Origin: Promethearchaeota archaeon
GTDB lineage: Archaea > Asgardarchaeota > Lokiarchaeia > Sigyniarchaeales > SOKP01
DNA length: 29,331 bases
Direction: 5' to 3'
Assembly: GCA_048938025.1 (NCBI GenBank)
Contig: JBHLMP010000012.1
Location: 13,706-43,036, forward strand
The position numbers and the translations under genes are program-made. The notes below the pieces were generated by a model. That model was not told the DNA's origin and ran no database searches. It saw only the letters and a program-made list of their open reading frames with translations. Of this stretch, positions 18,677 through 26,961 are shown piece by piece. Within the stretch, counting starts at the first letter, position 1. Each line of letters starts with the position of its first letter.

Positions 18677-21148
18677 TCAATTGTAATCTTTTTTAACAAA
18701 AGCTTTTGAGAAAAACACTTTATTCGTATCTAATTTTATTGCTTTACCAATAATTTTGAGTTGACTTTTTAATTTCACATCTCTATGCGAAAGTAAGTCA
18801 TTCATAAGATCTAACTGTTTTGAACTATGGATTGAATGGATGCTTCCGACATAGACATCAATATTACCAGGTTCTACAACATATTCCATATTTTCATTAT
18901 AAAATCCCAGTTGCTTCATTGAAATAACAAATCTTATTGTTACAATTTCTTCAGGCTCTAAAGTTATCCGTTTAAATCCAACTAATTCTTCAATGGGGCG
19001 AGTAATAGTAGCCTCTCGATCATGAAAATATAGTTGAATTATCTCATCGCCACGAAGCTTGCCAATATTTTTAACTTTCAATGATATTTCAACTTCTTCA
19101 TTAATATCAACTTGAGGTTTATTAATCCTTAAATCACTATATTCAAATTGAGTATAGCTTAAACCGTATCCAAAAGGAAATAGAGGTTCTGTATTCTCTT
19201 CAACGTAATTCCACGTTGTAACTGATAAATTTCCAGTAGGTTTGTGATTATGAAAAACTGGAATCTGTCCTACATTACGAGGAATAGATATTGGTAATTT
19301 TCCTCCTGGATTATAATCACCAAATAACACATCGGCAACAGCATCAGCTCCTTTTTCACCAGGTACCCAAGCTTCCAAAATTGCAGGAATATGTTCCTTT
19401 TCCCAAGGAATTGACAATGGACGACCGTTGATTAATACTAACACAGTTGGTGTACCTGTAGCATAAATTTCCCGGATTAATTCCTCTTGTACTCCTGGTA
19501 ATGTAAGTCTAGTACGATCACGATATTCTCCACTAGTGGAATCTTTTGTCATCCCTGATTTTCCTCCCATAACTAGAATCGCAACGTCAGCTTTTTTGCC
19601 AATTTCAATTGCTTCACGAAACCCTTTCTTATCGTATTCAAGAATTTCACAACCTTTAGCATAACATATTTTAGTATTTTTAGAAACCTTTTGTTCTATA
19701 GCTTCTAATATGCTTTTGATATTGTAAATACTGCGAGTAAATGCATCTTTATCGTTGCTTTCTATTAAATCTCTATAAATAGATCTAGTTTCTTCATCAA
19801 GATCACCTAAAGTACTCACATCAGCAAAAGAAGCTTCAAATTGACTTATAAAAGTGTAATCACCAAAGAGATTTCGTATACTATTTGCATTTGGGCCAAT
19901 AATAGAAATAGATTTCATATTTTTTTTAAGAGGTAAGAGATTATTATCATTTTTTAGCAACACCATAGATTTAAGAGCTATCTTTTTAGTTAGAGCCTTA
20001 GCTTCTGTATCTAAAAATATTTTTGCAATAGCTTCTGGATTATCATCTACGTATGGATTTTCAAATAAACCAAGTTCAAACTTCTTTGTTAGAATACGAA
20101 CAACTGATCGATTCACTAATTCTTCATTTACATCTCCATTTTTAACGGCTCTAATAAATCCACTCCCATAACCTGCGGTTCTGGGAAGTTCTACATCAAG
20201 ACCCGCTTTAATTGCTAGAATTGCCGCTTCAGTTGAATCCTTAGCTATTCGGTGCATTAAACAAGCTAATTCAAGTGTAACATAATCAGAAACAACCATC
20301 CCAGTAAAGCCTAATTTATCTCTTAGCAATTCTGTCAATAATTCATGCGAAACCCCACATGGAATTCCATCAATTTCTTGATAAGCATTCATAATTGAAC
20401 CAATATTAGATTCCACTATTGCTGCTTCAAATGGCTTTGCATATACTTCCAAAAGAGATCTTTTAGGGATAAATGCTGGTCCCCAATTCCTACCTCCCTG
20501 TGGTAACCCATACCCTAAAAAATGTTTCCCTGTAGCAATAATTCCTGCCTTAAGTGAGTTTCCCTGTAATCCCTTTATATATGCAACACCCATACGAGAC
20601 ACTAAATATGGATCCTCACCAAATGTTTCTTCTGTTCTACCCCATCGTGGATCACGAGCTATATCAAGGACAGGGGAAAGAGCTTGATGAGCTCCAACAA
20701 CTCGCATCTGCTTTCCAATTTCACTTGTCATTGCTTCAACAATCTCTGGATCCCATGTAGAAGCGATTCCAATAATTTGTGGAAAAACTGTTCCCTCTCT
20801 TGATGTAAAGCCACATAAACATTCTTCATGAACTATTGCTGGTATTCCTAACCGTGTTTTTTCTTTTAAAAATTTCTGGATACTATTCGCAATTTTTGCA
20901 GATTTTTCAGGGGGAAGATTTAAAAGACCTCCAATTCGAGAAATTTGACCAATACCATGCCTAAAACGTTTTTCCATTTTTTCAACTGATAACTTCTTCT
21001 CCTCTAATACAGCCTTTGGATACTGAGAACCAAGTTGAGCTACCTTTTCTTCAATTGTCATTCTTGAGAGGAGATCCTCTACTCTTTTTTCAATAGCTTG
21101 AGAAGAGTCTAAATAAAGTTTTCTATCATTTTTCTCATCTAAATTCAT
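18677..21148 (-). CDS. Glycoside hydrolase family 3 (beta-glucosidase/beta-xylosidase), cytoplasmic, with Fn3-like C-terminus
   Basis: RDPRWGRTEETFGEDP, KHF, VVSDY (nucleophile Asp), VLLKN, GEYRDR, PLFPFGYGLSYT; no signal peptide. Confidence 0.95.
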   Translation of the reverse strand: MNLDEKNDRKLYLDSSQAIEKRVEDLLSRMTIEEKVAQLGSQYPKAVLEEKKLSVEKMEKRFRHGIGQISRIGGLLNLPPEKSAKIANSIQKFLKEKTRLGIPAIVHEECLCGFTSREGTVFPQIIGIASTWDPEIVEAMTSEIGKQMRVVGAHQALSPVLDIARDPRWGRTEETFGEDPYLVSRMGVAYIKGLQGNSLKAGIIATGKHFLGYGLPQGGRNWGPAFIPKRSLLEVYAKPFEAAIVESNIGSIMNAYQEIDGIPCGVSHELLTELLRDKLGFTGMVVSDYVTLELACLMHRIAKDSTEAAILAIKAGLDVELPRTAGYGSGFIRAVKNGDVNEELVNRSVVRILTKKFELGLFENPYVDDNPEAIAKIFLDTEAKALTKKIALKSMVLLKNDNNLLPLKKNMKSISIIGPNANSIRNLFGDYTFISQFEASFADVSTLGDLDEETRSIYRDLIESNDKDAFTRSIYNIKSILEAIEQKVSKNTKICYAKGCEILEYDKKGFREAIEIGKKADVAILVMGGKSGMTKDSTSGEYRDRTRLTLPGVQEELIREIYATGTPTVLVLINGRPLSIPWEKEHIPAILEAWVPGEKGADAVADVLFGDYNPGGKLPISIPRNVGQIPVFHNHKPTGNLSVTTWNYVEENTEPLFPFGYGLSYTQFEYSDLRINKPQVDINEEVEISLKVKNIGKLRGDEIIQLYFHDREATITRPIEELVGFKRITLEPEEIVTIRFVISMKQLGFYNENMEYVVEPGNIDVYVGSIHSIHSSKQLDLMNDLLSHRDVKLKSQLKIIGKAIKLDTNKVFFSKAFVKKDYN

Positions 21149-21243
21149 ATTATTTCAACACTAATATATAATTAAATCCCTAAATTCCAATAATATTAGT
21201 AAATATGACTTTGCTTTAAAAATTAATAAATAGAATTATTGAT

Positions 21244-21263
21244 CGTGAAATTTAGGTTTCACG
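21244..21263. promoter_or_regulatory. Inverted repeat CGTGAAA-N6-TTTCACG, candidate operator upstream of the GH3 gene
   Basis: Perfect 7-bp arms containing G/C in an AT-rich intergenic region about 95 bp upstream of the GH3 start; function inferred. Confidence 0.35.
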
Positions 21264-21270
21264 TACTTTC

Positions 21271-21289
21271 AAAAGAAAAAGAAAAAAAA
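21271..21289 (-). terminator. Oligo-T archaeal-type terminator after the small membrane protein gene
   Basis: Minus strand reads as three T runs separated by single Cs, starting about 10 nt after the stop at 21300. Confidence 0.45.
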
Positions 21290-21299
21290 TGGTTTAAAA

Positions 21300-21605
21300 T
21301 TAACTTAGAGCTCCTACGAAAGCCGCAAGGAGTACAATTATTCCTCCAATTAAAATTCCAAAAATTATTAAAAAAAGTCCAATTACTCCTAAAATAGCAG
21401 GAGTATAATTAATCGGTCTAAATCCTAAAAAAGTAGCTACTATAGCAATTATGAGAGCAATTATTGTTCCTGTTATACCCAGCAGTCCCCATCGCCATAA
21501 TCCAAAACCAGCTAAATCTAAAATCGCTTCAATTACTCCCACAATTCCCCCAACAATGGCCAAACCACGCATTGTTTTATCGGCTTCTTGAATTGCACTA
21601 AACAT
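21300..21605 (-). CDS. Small Gly-rich integral membrane protein of unknown function
   Basis: 101 aa, 3-4 hydrophobic segments with GxxxG-like spacing. Confidence 0.75.
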   Translation of the reverse strand: MFSAIQEADKTMRGLAIVGGIVGVIEAILDLAGFGLWRWGLLGITGTIIALIIAIVATFLGFRPINYTPAILGVIGLFLIIFGILIGGIIVLLAAFVGALS

Positions 21606-21746
21606 ATGATCACAAAATGATTTAATTTTATAAAGAAATAGCTTTTACCTACTTAAAAATCTATACCAAATTTAAAAATTTTTAAGAATACAATGTCTAT
21701 TTTTTATTAATAATTCGGAAAATTAGTAAAATGGGAGAGGGGGGAT

Positions 21747-21775
21747 TTGTTCGGATGCCCGAAACGGGAAACTCG
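21747..21775 (-). other. tRNA intron 2, non-canonical, in the T-loop (best fit 58/59)
   Basis: 29-nt insert CGAGTTTCCCGTTTCGGGCATCCGAACAA; G53-T54-T55-C56 pairs with intron GAAC, flanked by 3-nt bulges AAC and AAA; internal hairpin CCCG-TTT-CGGG. Confidence 0.82.
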
Positions 21776-21796
21776 TTGAACCCCCGACCACTCGGC

Positions 21797-21825
21797 TTCT
21801 GAAAACTTAGCAAATGCAGAGATTA
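21797..21825 (-). other. tRNA intron 1, canonical position 37/38
   Basis: 29-nt insert TAATCTCTGCATTTGCTAAGTTTTCAGAA; BHB helix C32-T33-G34-G35 with intron TCAG, bulges GG^T and AA^G. Confidence 0.9.
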
Positions 21826-22021
21826 CCCCAGCCGAGTATCATACCATTCTAGACTACCCTCCCCGGGTAAGAAAGGTTTTTAAAAGTTATAATATGAATA
21901 GTAAATACTCTTAAATAAAATTTATTTCTGAGAATTTTTATATTTTAAACCAATAATTTTTATATTTCTTAGAGGGTTTTTTATCTTATATTTTTTCATA
22001 ATTTTTCACTTAATGATTTAA

Positions 22022-22318
22022 ATGCGTTCACGTAAACCGTTTATAATTTTTTGGCCAGCCTATTTTGATACCAAAAAAAGCAGAGTCGAAGGAAGGCGTA
22101 TTTCTAAAAAATTTGCGATTGAAAGAATCAGTACCGAGTCACTACTTAAAGCTGCAAGACAATTGGGATACAATGCTCAACTTGAAGAAGGTTATAAATA
22201 TCCACGAACATGGTGGGAGGATCCTGGAAGAGTTTTAATAGATATTAAGGGAAAGAAAAAATCAAAAGTGATGCTAGAGATAGCAAAAGAAATTAGAAAA
22301 ATGCAAACAAAAAATTAA
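22022..22318 (+). CDS. srp19: Signal recognition particle protein SRP19
   Basis: IFWPAYFD..KSR.EGRRI.K..A, LG, K.YPR.WW...GRV, K.K..M.EIA. Confidence 0.95.
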   Translation: MRSRKPFIIFWPAYFDTKKSRVEGRRISKKFAIERISTESLLKAARQLGYNAQLEEGYKYPRTWWEDPGRVLIDIKGKKKSKVMLEIAKEIRKMQTKN

Positions 22319-22327
22319 AATTCATAA

Positions 22328-22699
22328 ATGCACGAATTTGCTTTTGCTTATAATATTTTTAAAGTAGCTGAAGCTACAGCATTGAAATATAATGCAAAAA
22401 AGATCTCGGAAGTTTTTCTTGAAATTGGAGAATTAACTTTAATTGTTCCTGACCTTCTTCGACGATCATTTGAAATAGCTACTAAAGGTTCAATAGCAGA
22501 AGGAGCAACTCTAAATATTAAAATACTTCCAGGAAAAGTTAAATGTAGAGAATGTAATAAAAATTCGGAGGTATCTCTAACAAGAGAGGCTCAGTTAACT
22601 GGACTTCAACTTTTTAGATGTAGACATTGTGGAAGTAACAATACTGAGATTATTGAAGGTAAAAAAGCAAATGTTAAAAACATTAAAATTCAAGAATAA
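22328..22699 (+). CDS. hypA: Hydrogenase maturation nickel metallochaperone HypA
   Basis: N-terminal MHE, IGELT, CREC...CRHCGS zinc site, I..G.....KNI C-terminus. Confidence 0.93.
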   Translation: MHEFAFAYNIFKVAEATALKYNAKKISEVFLEIGELTLIVPDLLRRSFEIATKGSIAEGATLNIKILPGKVKCRECNKNSEVSLTREAQLTGLQLFRCRHCGSNNTEIIEGKKANVKNIKIQE

Positions 22700-22724
22700 T
22701 AATTAAAACCAAATTTATCTTTAA

Positions 22725-23219
22725 TTAAAAATTACTGAATTGTTCATCAAAATTTAGGAAATAAAGTGTTTTTTTTAATGAATTTTTTTTTATAATTAGA
22801 TTTAATCTTTCTAGAGACTCAAGATACCTATTAAGGGTATAAGGGTGTATTTTCAGCTCTAAAGAGAGTTTAGTTTTTGTTACACCTTTATTATTGGATT
22901 TTAGATAATTTAAAATTTTTTGACTTTTCTCTTTTGAAGATAGATACATTTTTTTGGCTGCTTTAGGGTTCATGTGTGGTGAAAAATAAATATTTTTGTT
23001 TTCTATTGTTTCTTTTTGGATATACTCAAATTTACATAACATATTTAAGTGCCATATTACAACATTATTACTAAGTCCGAGATTTCTAACTATATTATTA
23101 AAATATGTTCCTGGATTGTTAAAAATATGATTATATATCATTTTTCTATTTGAGTTATTTAAAAGATCCTTGCGATTTAGTTTTGATCCAATTATTACAT
23201 TATTTATTATGATTTCCAC
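22725..23219 (-). CDS. Tandem winged helix-turn-helix transcriptional regulator (archaeal ArsR/MarR-like)
   Basis: NR..IY..I..NPG..F..I.R.L......V.WHL..L first wHTH; second wHTH ILNYLK..N.G.T...LS.EL.I...TL.RYL..L; GTG start overlaps the upstream gene end. Confidence 0.82.
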   Translation of the reverse strand: MEIIINNVIIGSKLNRKDLLNNSNRKMIYNHIFNNPGTYFNNIVRNLGLSNNVVIWHLNMLCKFEYIQKETIENKNIYFSPHMNPKAAKKMYLSSKEKSQKILNYLKSNNKGVTKTKLSLELKIHPYTLNRYLESLERLNLIIKKNSLKKTLYFLNFDEQFSNF

Positions 23220-24223
23220 CTTCCAAAGAAAATTATGTTTATACTTTTGTTGGATTTTCTATTTAATAAGTAAAAAATAATAATTTCAACTAAAATAATT
23301 AAGAGATTAAAAAAAAATAATAATATAGTATTTGGTATAAATAAAGGAGAATTATATGCAAAAAATATGGTATATGAAATAGGATGATATAAATAAATAG
23401 GTAGAGAGTTTGATCCGCTCCACTTTATAGATGAGAATTTCTTAAAATCAAATTTAATCAAATAATTAAGTGAAAAAAGTATTAAGAACACATTTAAAAG
23501 ATAAAAGACAGGAATATCATATAGAAAAGCTATTTTAATGGCAGGGAAATAAGAAGTTCCTCTAAGGAAAAATAAAAAAATTACAAAGAACCTCAATAAA
23601 GAATAGTTTCTATAATGTATTTCTCTATTTCTAATATAATATCCCAAGAAGAAAAAGAAGTAAAATTGGGGTCTATATTCTCTTATGATTAGATAAATAA
23701 AACTAATATGAGGATTTGAGCTTAATGAAAGTAATATAAATATTAACCTTACAAAAAAAAGAGATGATATTAAAATAATAATGTCAGAAATATTTTTCTT
23801 TTTTAAGATCCAGGTAAAAATAGTGAAAAGAAAAAGAGCTGGAATAAACCATAGATTGTGAAATGGGAAAAACAATAAAGATACTAAGAATAAAAATGCA
23901 ATTTCAAAAATTGAGTTACTAGTTATTATTAACTTGTAATTATTAAATAGGAAAAAGAAAATACTGGCAAAGAACCATGGGATTATTATTCTTTTAGTAT
24001 ATTTTTTTATAAGTAAAGATAATTTTGTTTTTAAGAAATTTCCTTCTTCTATTAAAAATCCTGATATCGCGAGAAAAAGAGGCATGTGAAAACTATATAT
24101 GAAAAAATGCAAAAAAGAAGCTTCAGAAATTAAATGTCCAATTATTACAGCAGTAATTAAAAATCCTTTTAAAAAATCAATACCCTCAAAATATCTTTTT
24201 TCTTTAATTTCAAGATTGATTAT
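23207..24223 (-). CDS. Acyltransferase family 3 (OafA/YrhL-like) membrane O-acyltransferase; start uncertain, extends upstream of the track's TTG 24112
   Basis: In-frame upstream KRYFEGIDFLKGFLITAVIIGH, then IYSFHMPLFLAISGF, R.IIPW, LWFIPALF, G.NSLPIYLYHP; many TM helices. Start shown at candidate ATA 24223. Confidence 0.8.
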   Translation of the reverse strand: MINLEIKEKRYFEGIDFLKGFLITAVIIGHLISEASFLHFFIYSFHMPLFLAISGFLIEEGNFLKTKLSLLIKKYTKRIIIPWFFASIFFFLFNNYKLIITSNSIFEIAFLFLVSLLFFPFHNLWFIPALFLFTIFTWILKKKNISDIIILISSLFFVRLIFILLSLSSNPHISFIYLIIREYRPQFYFFFFLGYYIRNREIHYRNYSLLRFFVIFLFFLRGTSYFPAIKIAFLYDIPVFYLLNVFLILFSLNYLIKFDFKKFSSIKWSGSNSLPIYLYHPISYTIFFAYNSPLFIPNTILLFFFNLLIILVEIIIFYLLNRKSNKSINIIFFGRWKS

Positions 24224-24393
24224 ATAATTATCTAAAACTAATATTTTTAAAACCCCGTTTTAGAATTATTCATTTCACAGATCTTGAAATTACTATATAT
24301 AAGAATCTGATAAAAAAGTGAAGGTATCTAAAATCAAAATTTTAGGGTATATAAAAACAAATTTTAAAAAGGTTAAGATTAAGCTACTAAATT

Positions 24394-24771
24394 TTAAATT
24401 AAAACTCCATTTAGTTGTCCTGTTTGTCCTGGTCTGCTAGTAATTTTTGCATTTCCTAATTCAGTTTCAACAATAGCTCCTTTGGTTAAGATATGCCTAC
24501 GATTCAAGTCTTTTGAAGCATCATTCCTCTCAAAATCTAAAATTCTCACCCTAGATGTTTTATTTGTATTAGGGTCTGTTACATTTATATATTGAGAGGA
24601 GAATAGTTTTAATTTTGTATTTCCCCCCATAACCCGTTGTTTCTTTTTCTTCTCTTCATCTATAATAGTATCAATTGTTGGGCGTTCAAGTTCTCTTTTC
24701 CTTTTTTTCTTAAAATATTTGTATTTTTTTCCAGTAAATTTCCTTTTACTTCGAGCTTGGCTTCTTGCCAT
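24394..24771 (-). CDS. rps8e: 30S ribosomal protein eS8
   Basis: RSKRK.TG, KKRKREL.R, R..GGN.K, RR.ILTKGAIVETELG.AKITSRPGQ.G.LNGVL. Confidence 0.97.
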   Translation of the reverse strand: MARSQARSKRKFTGKKYKYFKKKRKRELERPTIDTIIDEEKKKKQRVMGGNTKLKLFSSQYINVTDPNTNKTSRVRILDFERNDASKDLNRRHILTKGAIVETELGNAKITSRPGQTGQLNGVLI

Positions 24772-24951
24772 GAAAGATTAACCAAAATTAGTCCAATATA
24801 TTATTTTTGATAAGAAAGGATATCTTTAAAATTTTTTTAAAAATCTACATTAATTATGATTTATTAAAGTAAAATAAATATAGAAACAATTTTTATTTAA
24901 ATTAAACCACTTAATTTATTATTGATAATAATATAACAATCTTACTTAAAA

Positions 24952-25593
24952 ATGACTGAAAACAATTTAAATCCCCACAATTTAGATCAAGAGTCGATTA
25001 ATAAAGCATTGCAATCCGGAACTACCACAGTAGGCATTATTGTTAGTGATGGAGTTATTATGGGTACTGAATCTCAAGCAACTGCTGGTTTCACAGTAGC
25101 TACTAAACAAGCACAGAAATTATTTGAAATAAATAAATACACTGCTGCAACTATTTCTGGTGGAGTAGCAGATTGCCAATATGTTATTAGTCAACTTATT
25201 GCTTTATCCCGATTAAAGGAAGTTGAAGAAGAGAAAGTCCCCGAACCTAAATATATAGCAAGCATTACAAGGAATATTCTCTTTTCAGGAAGATCATTTT
25301 TTATTTCTATGATGATTGTAGGGGGATATTCTCTAAAAGAAAATGCTGCAAAACTTTATGGTGTCGATCTCTTGGGCACTCTTTATGAAGAAGATAAATT
25401 TATTTCATTTGGGTCTGGTTCTCCATTTTCCATAGGTGTTTTGGAAGCTGATTGGAGACCCAATATGACAAAAGAAGATGGGATAGAGCTTGTAAAAACA
25501 GCAATCTCAAGTTCTCGAGAAAGAGATGCCGCATCTGGATTTAAAATTCAATTATGCGTTATAGATAAAGAAGGTTTTAAACAAATTCAATAA
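24952..25593 (+). CDS. psmB: Proteasome endopeptidase beta subunit with propeptide
   Basis: SG|TTTVG autocleavage site with catalytic Thr1, Lys in AQKL, SGGVAD.Q, GSGSP...GVLE, RD.ASG. Confidence 0.95.
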   Translation: MTENNLNPHNLDQESINKALQSGTTTVGIIVSDGVIMGTESQATAGFTVATKQAQKLFEINKYTAATISGGVADCQYVISQLIALSRLKEVEEEKVPEPKYIASITRNILFSGRSFFISMMIVGGYSLKENAAKLYGVDLLGTLYEEDKFISFGSGSPFSIGVLEADWRPNMTKEDGIELVKTAISSSRERDAASGFKIQLCVIDKEGFKQIQ

Positions 25594-25603
25594 ATATTTA
25601 AGT

Positions 25604-26095
25604 TTATGAATTTTTAATTTCTACCTCTATTTGCATAAATTCATCGTTAAAAAGAATATATCCATTTAATTTCTTATTTCTTGCATTCATTATTGCCCAG
25701 ATTTGATTTTTAAATGCTTTATTACCGCAATTATCTAAGGATCTCATATTAGAAAAATCAGTTTCGCTAGGATAGGTACCACCAGGATGAGAATGAAAAA
25801 TACTAATTAAGTGTAAATTATCTTTTTGAAATGCATCTTGGAAAATTCGGTTTATTTCCTCAAGATTGTTCATGAGAAAAGTAACTGGACTTTTTTGATT
25901 GGATTCTATGCAATTAAATTTTTTTCCAATATAGTGATATTGATATTTCCCCGTATATTCTATTTCTTTAACAGTTCCGAAAAGTAATCCACATGCTTCA
26001 TTAGGACTAGCACTTTTCACACATTCTATCAGTTGATTAAAAAGTATATGATTCAAAATCAATTTTATATCTTTTTCGAATTTAATGATCTCCAT
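25604..26095 (-). CDS. JAMM/MPN+ (M67) zinc metalloprotease
   Basis: PNEACGLLFG and IFHSHPGGTYPSETD (E...HxH...SxxD). Confidence 0.9.
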   Translation of the reverse strand: MEIIKFEKDIKLILNHILFNQLIECVKSASPNEACGLLFGTVKEIEYTGKYQYHYIGKKFNCIESNQKSPVTFLMNNLEEINRIFQDAFQKDNLHLISIFHSHPGGTYPSETDFSNMRSLDNCGNKAFKNQIWAIMNARNKKLNGYILFNDEFMQIEVEIKNS

Positions 26096-26113
26096 CTCTT
26101 TTCAATCTTATTT

Positions 26114-26827
26114 TCAGATTAAGGTTAAAGCAGCATTCAACGCAGCTAACCTTGCTTTTTCAGGATTATCACCTATTCCAATAATTAAAACATCATTTTT
26201 TTCTAAAATTAACTTTTCAGCAGTAATTTTATATCTTATTTCTTTAAAATAATTTTGAACAGTCTCTTTTATTTGTATCTGATTTTTAGCATCATCTGAT
26301 AAAGATCCTAAAGGAAACACTAATTTATCACCATTATATATTAAACATGTGGCACCAATACCATCAACTTTAATTGCAGCATCTCTTTGAGCCACTCCAT
26401 TAGTGATCCTATCACCTCTATTTTTCACTTGACAAATATATGGATTTACTTCATAAGTTTCAATGATTATTTCTCTTAATATTTCTAAATTGCCTTCTAT
26501 AAGAATTGGAATATGTATTTTGATTTTATTTAAATAGTCTAATCCTTTTTCGGTGAGAATGTGACCTTTTCTTCTGCTTTTAGATCTAGTTTTAGAATCC
26601 CCATTTGGAACTGTAATAAAATCAACCTTTTGTTTTAATTTTTTAATCAGTGATCTTGATGTTCCCGAGCCAATTAGTAATTCTTTTTGTAATCGATATC
26701 TCCCAATTCCTTCCATATTGTCTCCAAAAATAAATAAAGCTAGAATAATATGAACCTTCTCAAAGGTTGGTTTTATTGTAGTACTTTCAAATAACTCATT
26801 TAATTCTTGAAACATTATTACATTCAA
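26114..26827 (-). CDS. Archaeal wHTH protein, DUF4443-like
   Basis: IGRYRLQKEL.IG.GT.RSL HTH, GH.LT.KG wing, G..QRDAAIK....GAT, D...IG....A..AA C-terminus. Confidence 0.72.
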   Translation of the reverse strand: MNVIMFQELNELFESTTIKPTFEKVHIILALFIFGDNMEGIGRYRLQKELLIGSGTSRSLIKKLKQKVDFITVPNGDSKTRSKSRRKGHILTEKGLDYLNKIKIHIPILIEGNLEILREIIIETYEVNPYICQVKNRGDRITNGVAQRDAAIKVDGIGATCLIYNGDKLVFPLGSLSDDAKNQIQIKETVQNYFKEIRYKITAEKLILEKNDVLIIGIGDNPEKARLAALNAALTLI

Positions 26828-26961
26828 GTATAATTAATTAATAAGTATAAAAAAAAATGATGTTTAAAAAAAAAATAAAATTTAAAATATAATTACATTA
26901 ATTATCTAGTAAATTAAAAATCAGTTCAGAATTCCACAATTACAAATTAGTAATATAAGAC

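Larger units (their letters stand above)
21732..21863 (-). tRNA. tRNA-Pro (anticodon GGG) with two introns; 74-nt mature body, CCA not encoded
   Basis: Acceptor GGGAGGG/CTCTCCC+A; anticodon arm CTCGG-CT GGG G^G-CCGAG; variable TGGTC; T arm GGGGG-TTCAA^AT-CCCCC after removing two 29-nt inserts. Confidence 0.92.

Noticed and set aside
2135-20760. Short alternative-frame ORFs in the track (2135, 2579, 2584, 4399, 8027, 8809, 9993, 12289, 13826, 13963, 16917, 17256, 18490, 20554)
   Set aside because: All lie within or antisense to well-supported genes and show no motifs; shadow ORFs
21791-21836. Reading the intron-containing tRNA as Leu(CAG) using TTCAGAA before GCCGA
   Set aside because: No long variable arm, the D-arm register places the stem at CTCGG/CCGAG, and the 37/38 BHB fits Pro(GGG) exactly
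9377-21863. Integrated element bounded by the two tRNA genes
   Set aside because: No integrase or duplicated tRNA 3' end (att site), and the interval contains the core gene gltX; similarity between the tRNAs is ordinary conserved tRNA sequence
22725-24112. Frameshifted fusion of the acyltransferase and the wHTH regulator
   Set aside because: The acyltransferase ends in a family-typical FFG-basic terminus and the wHTH has its own GTG start; a simple overlap explains it
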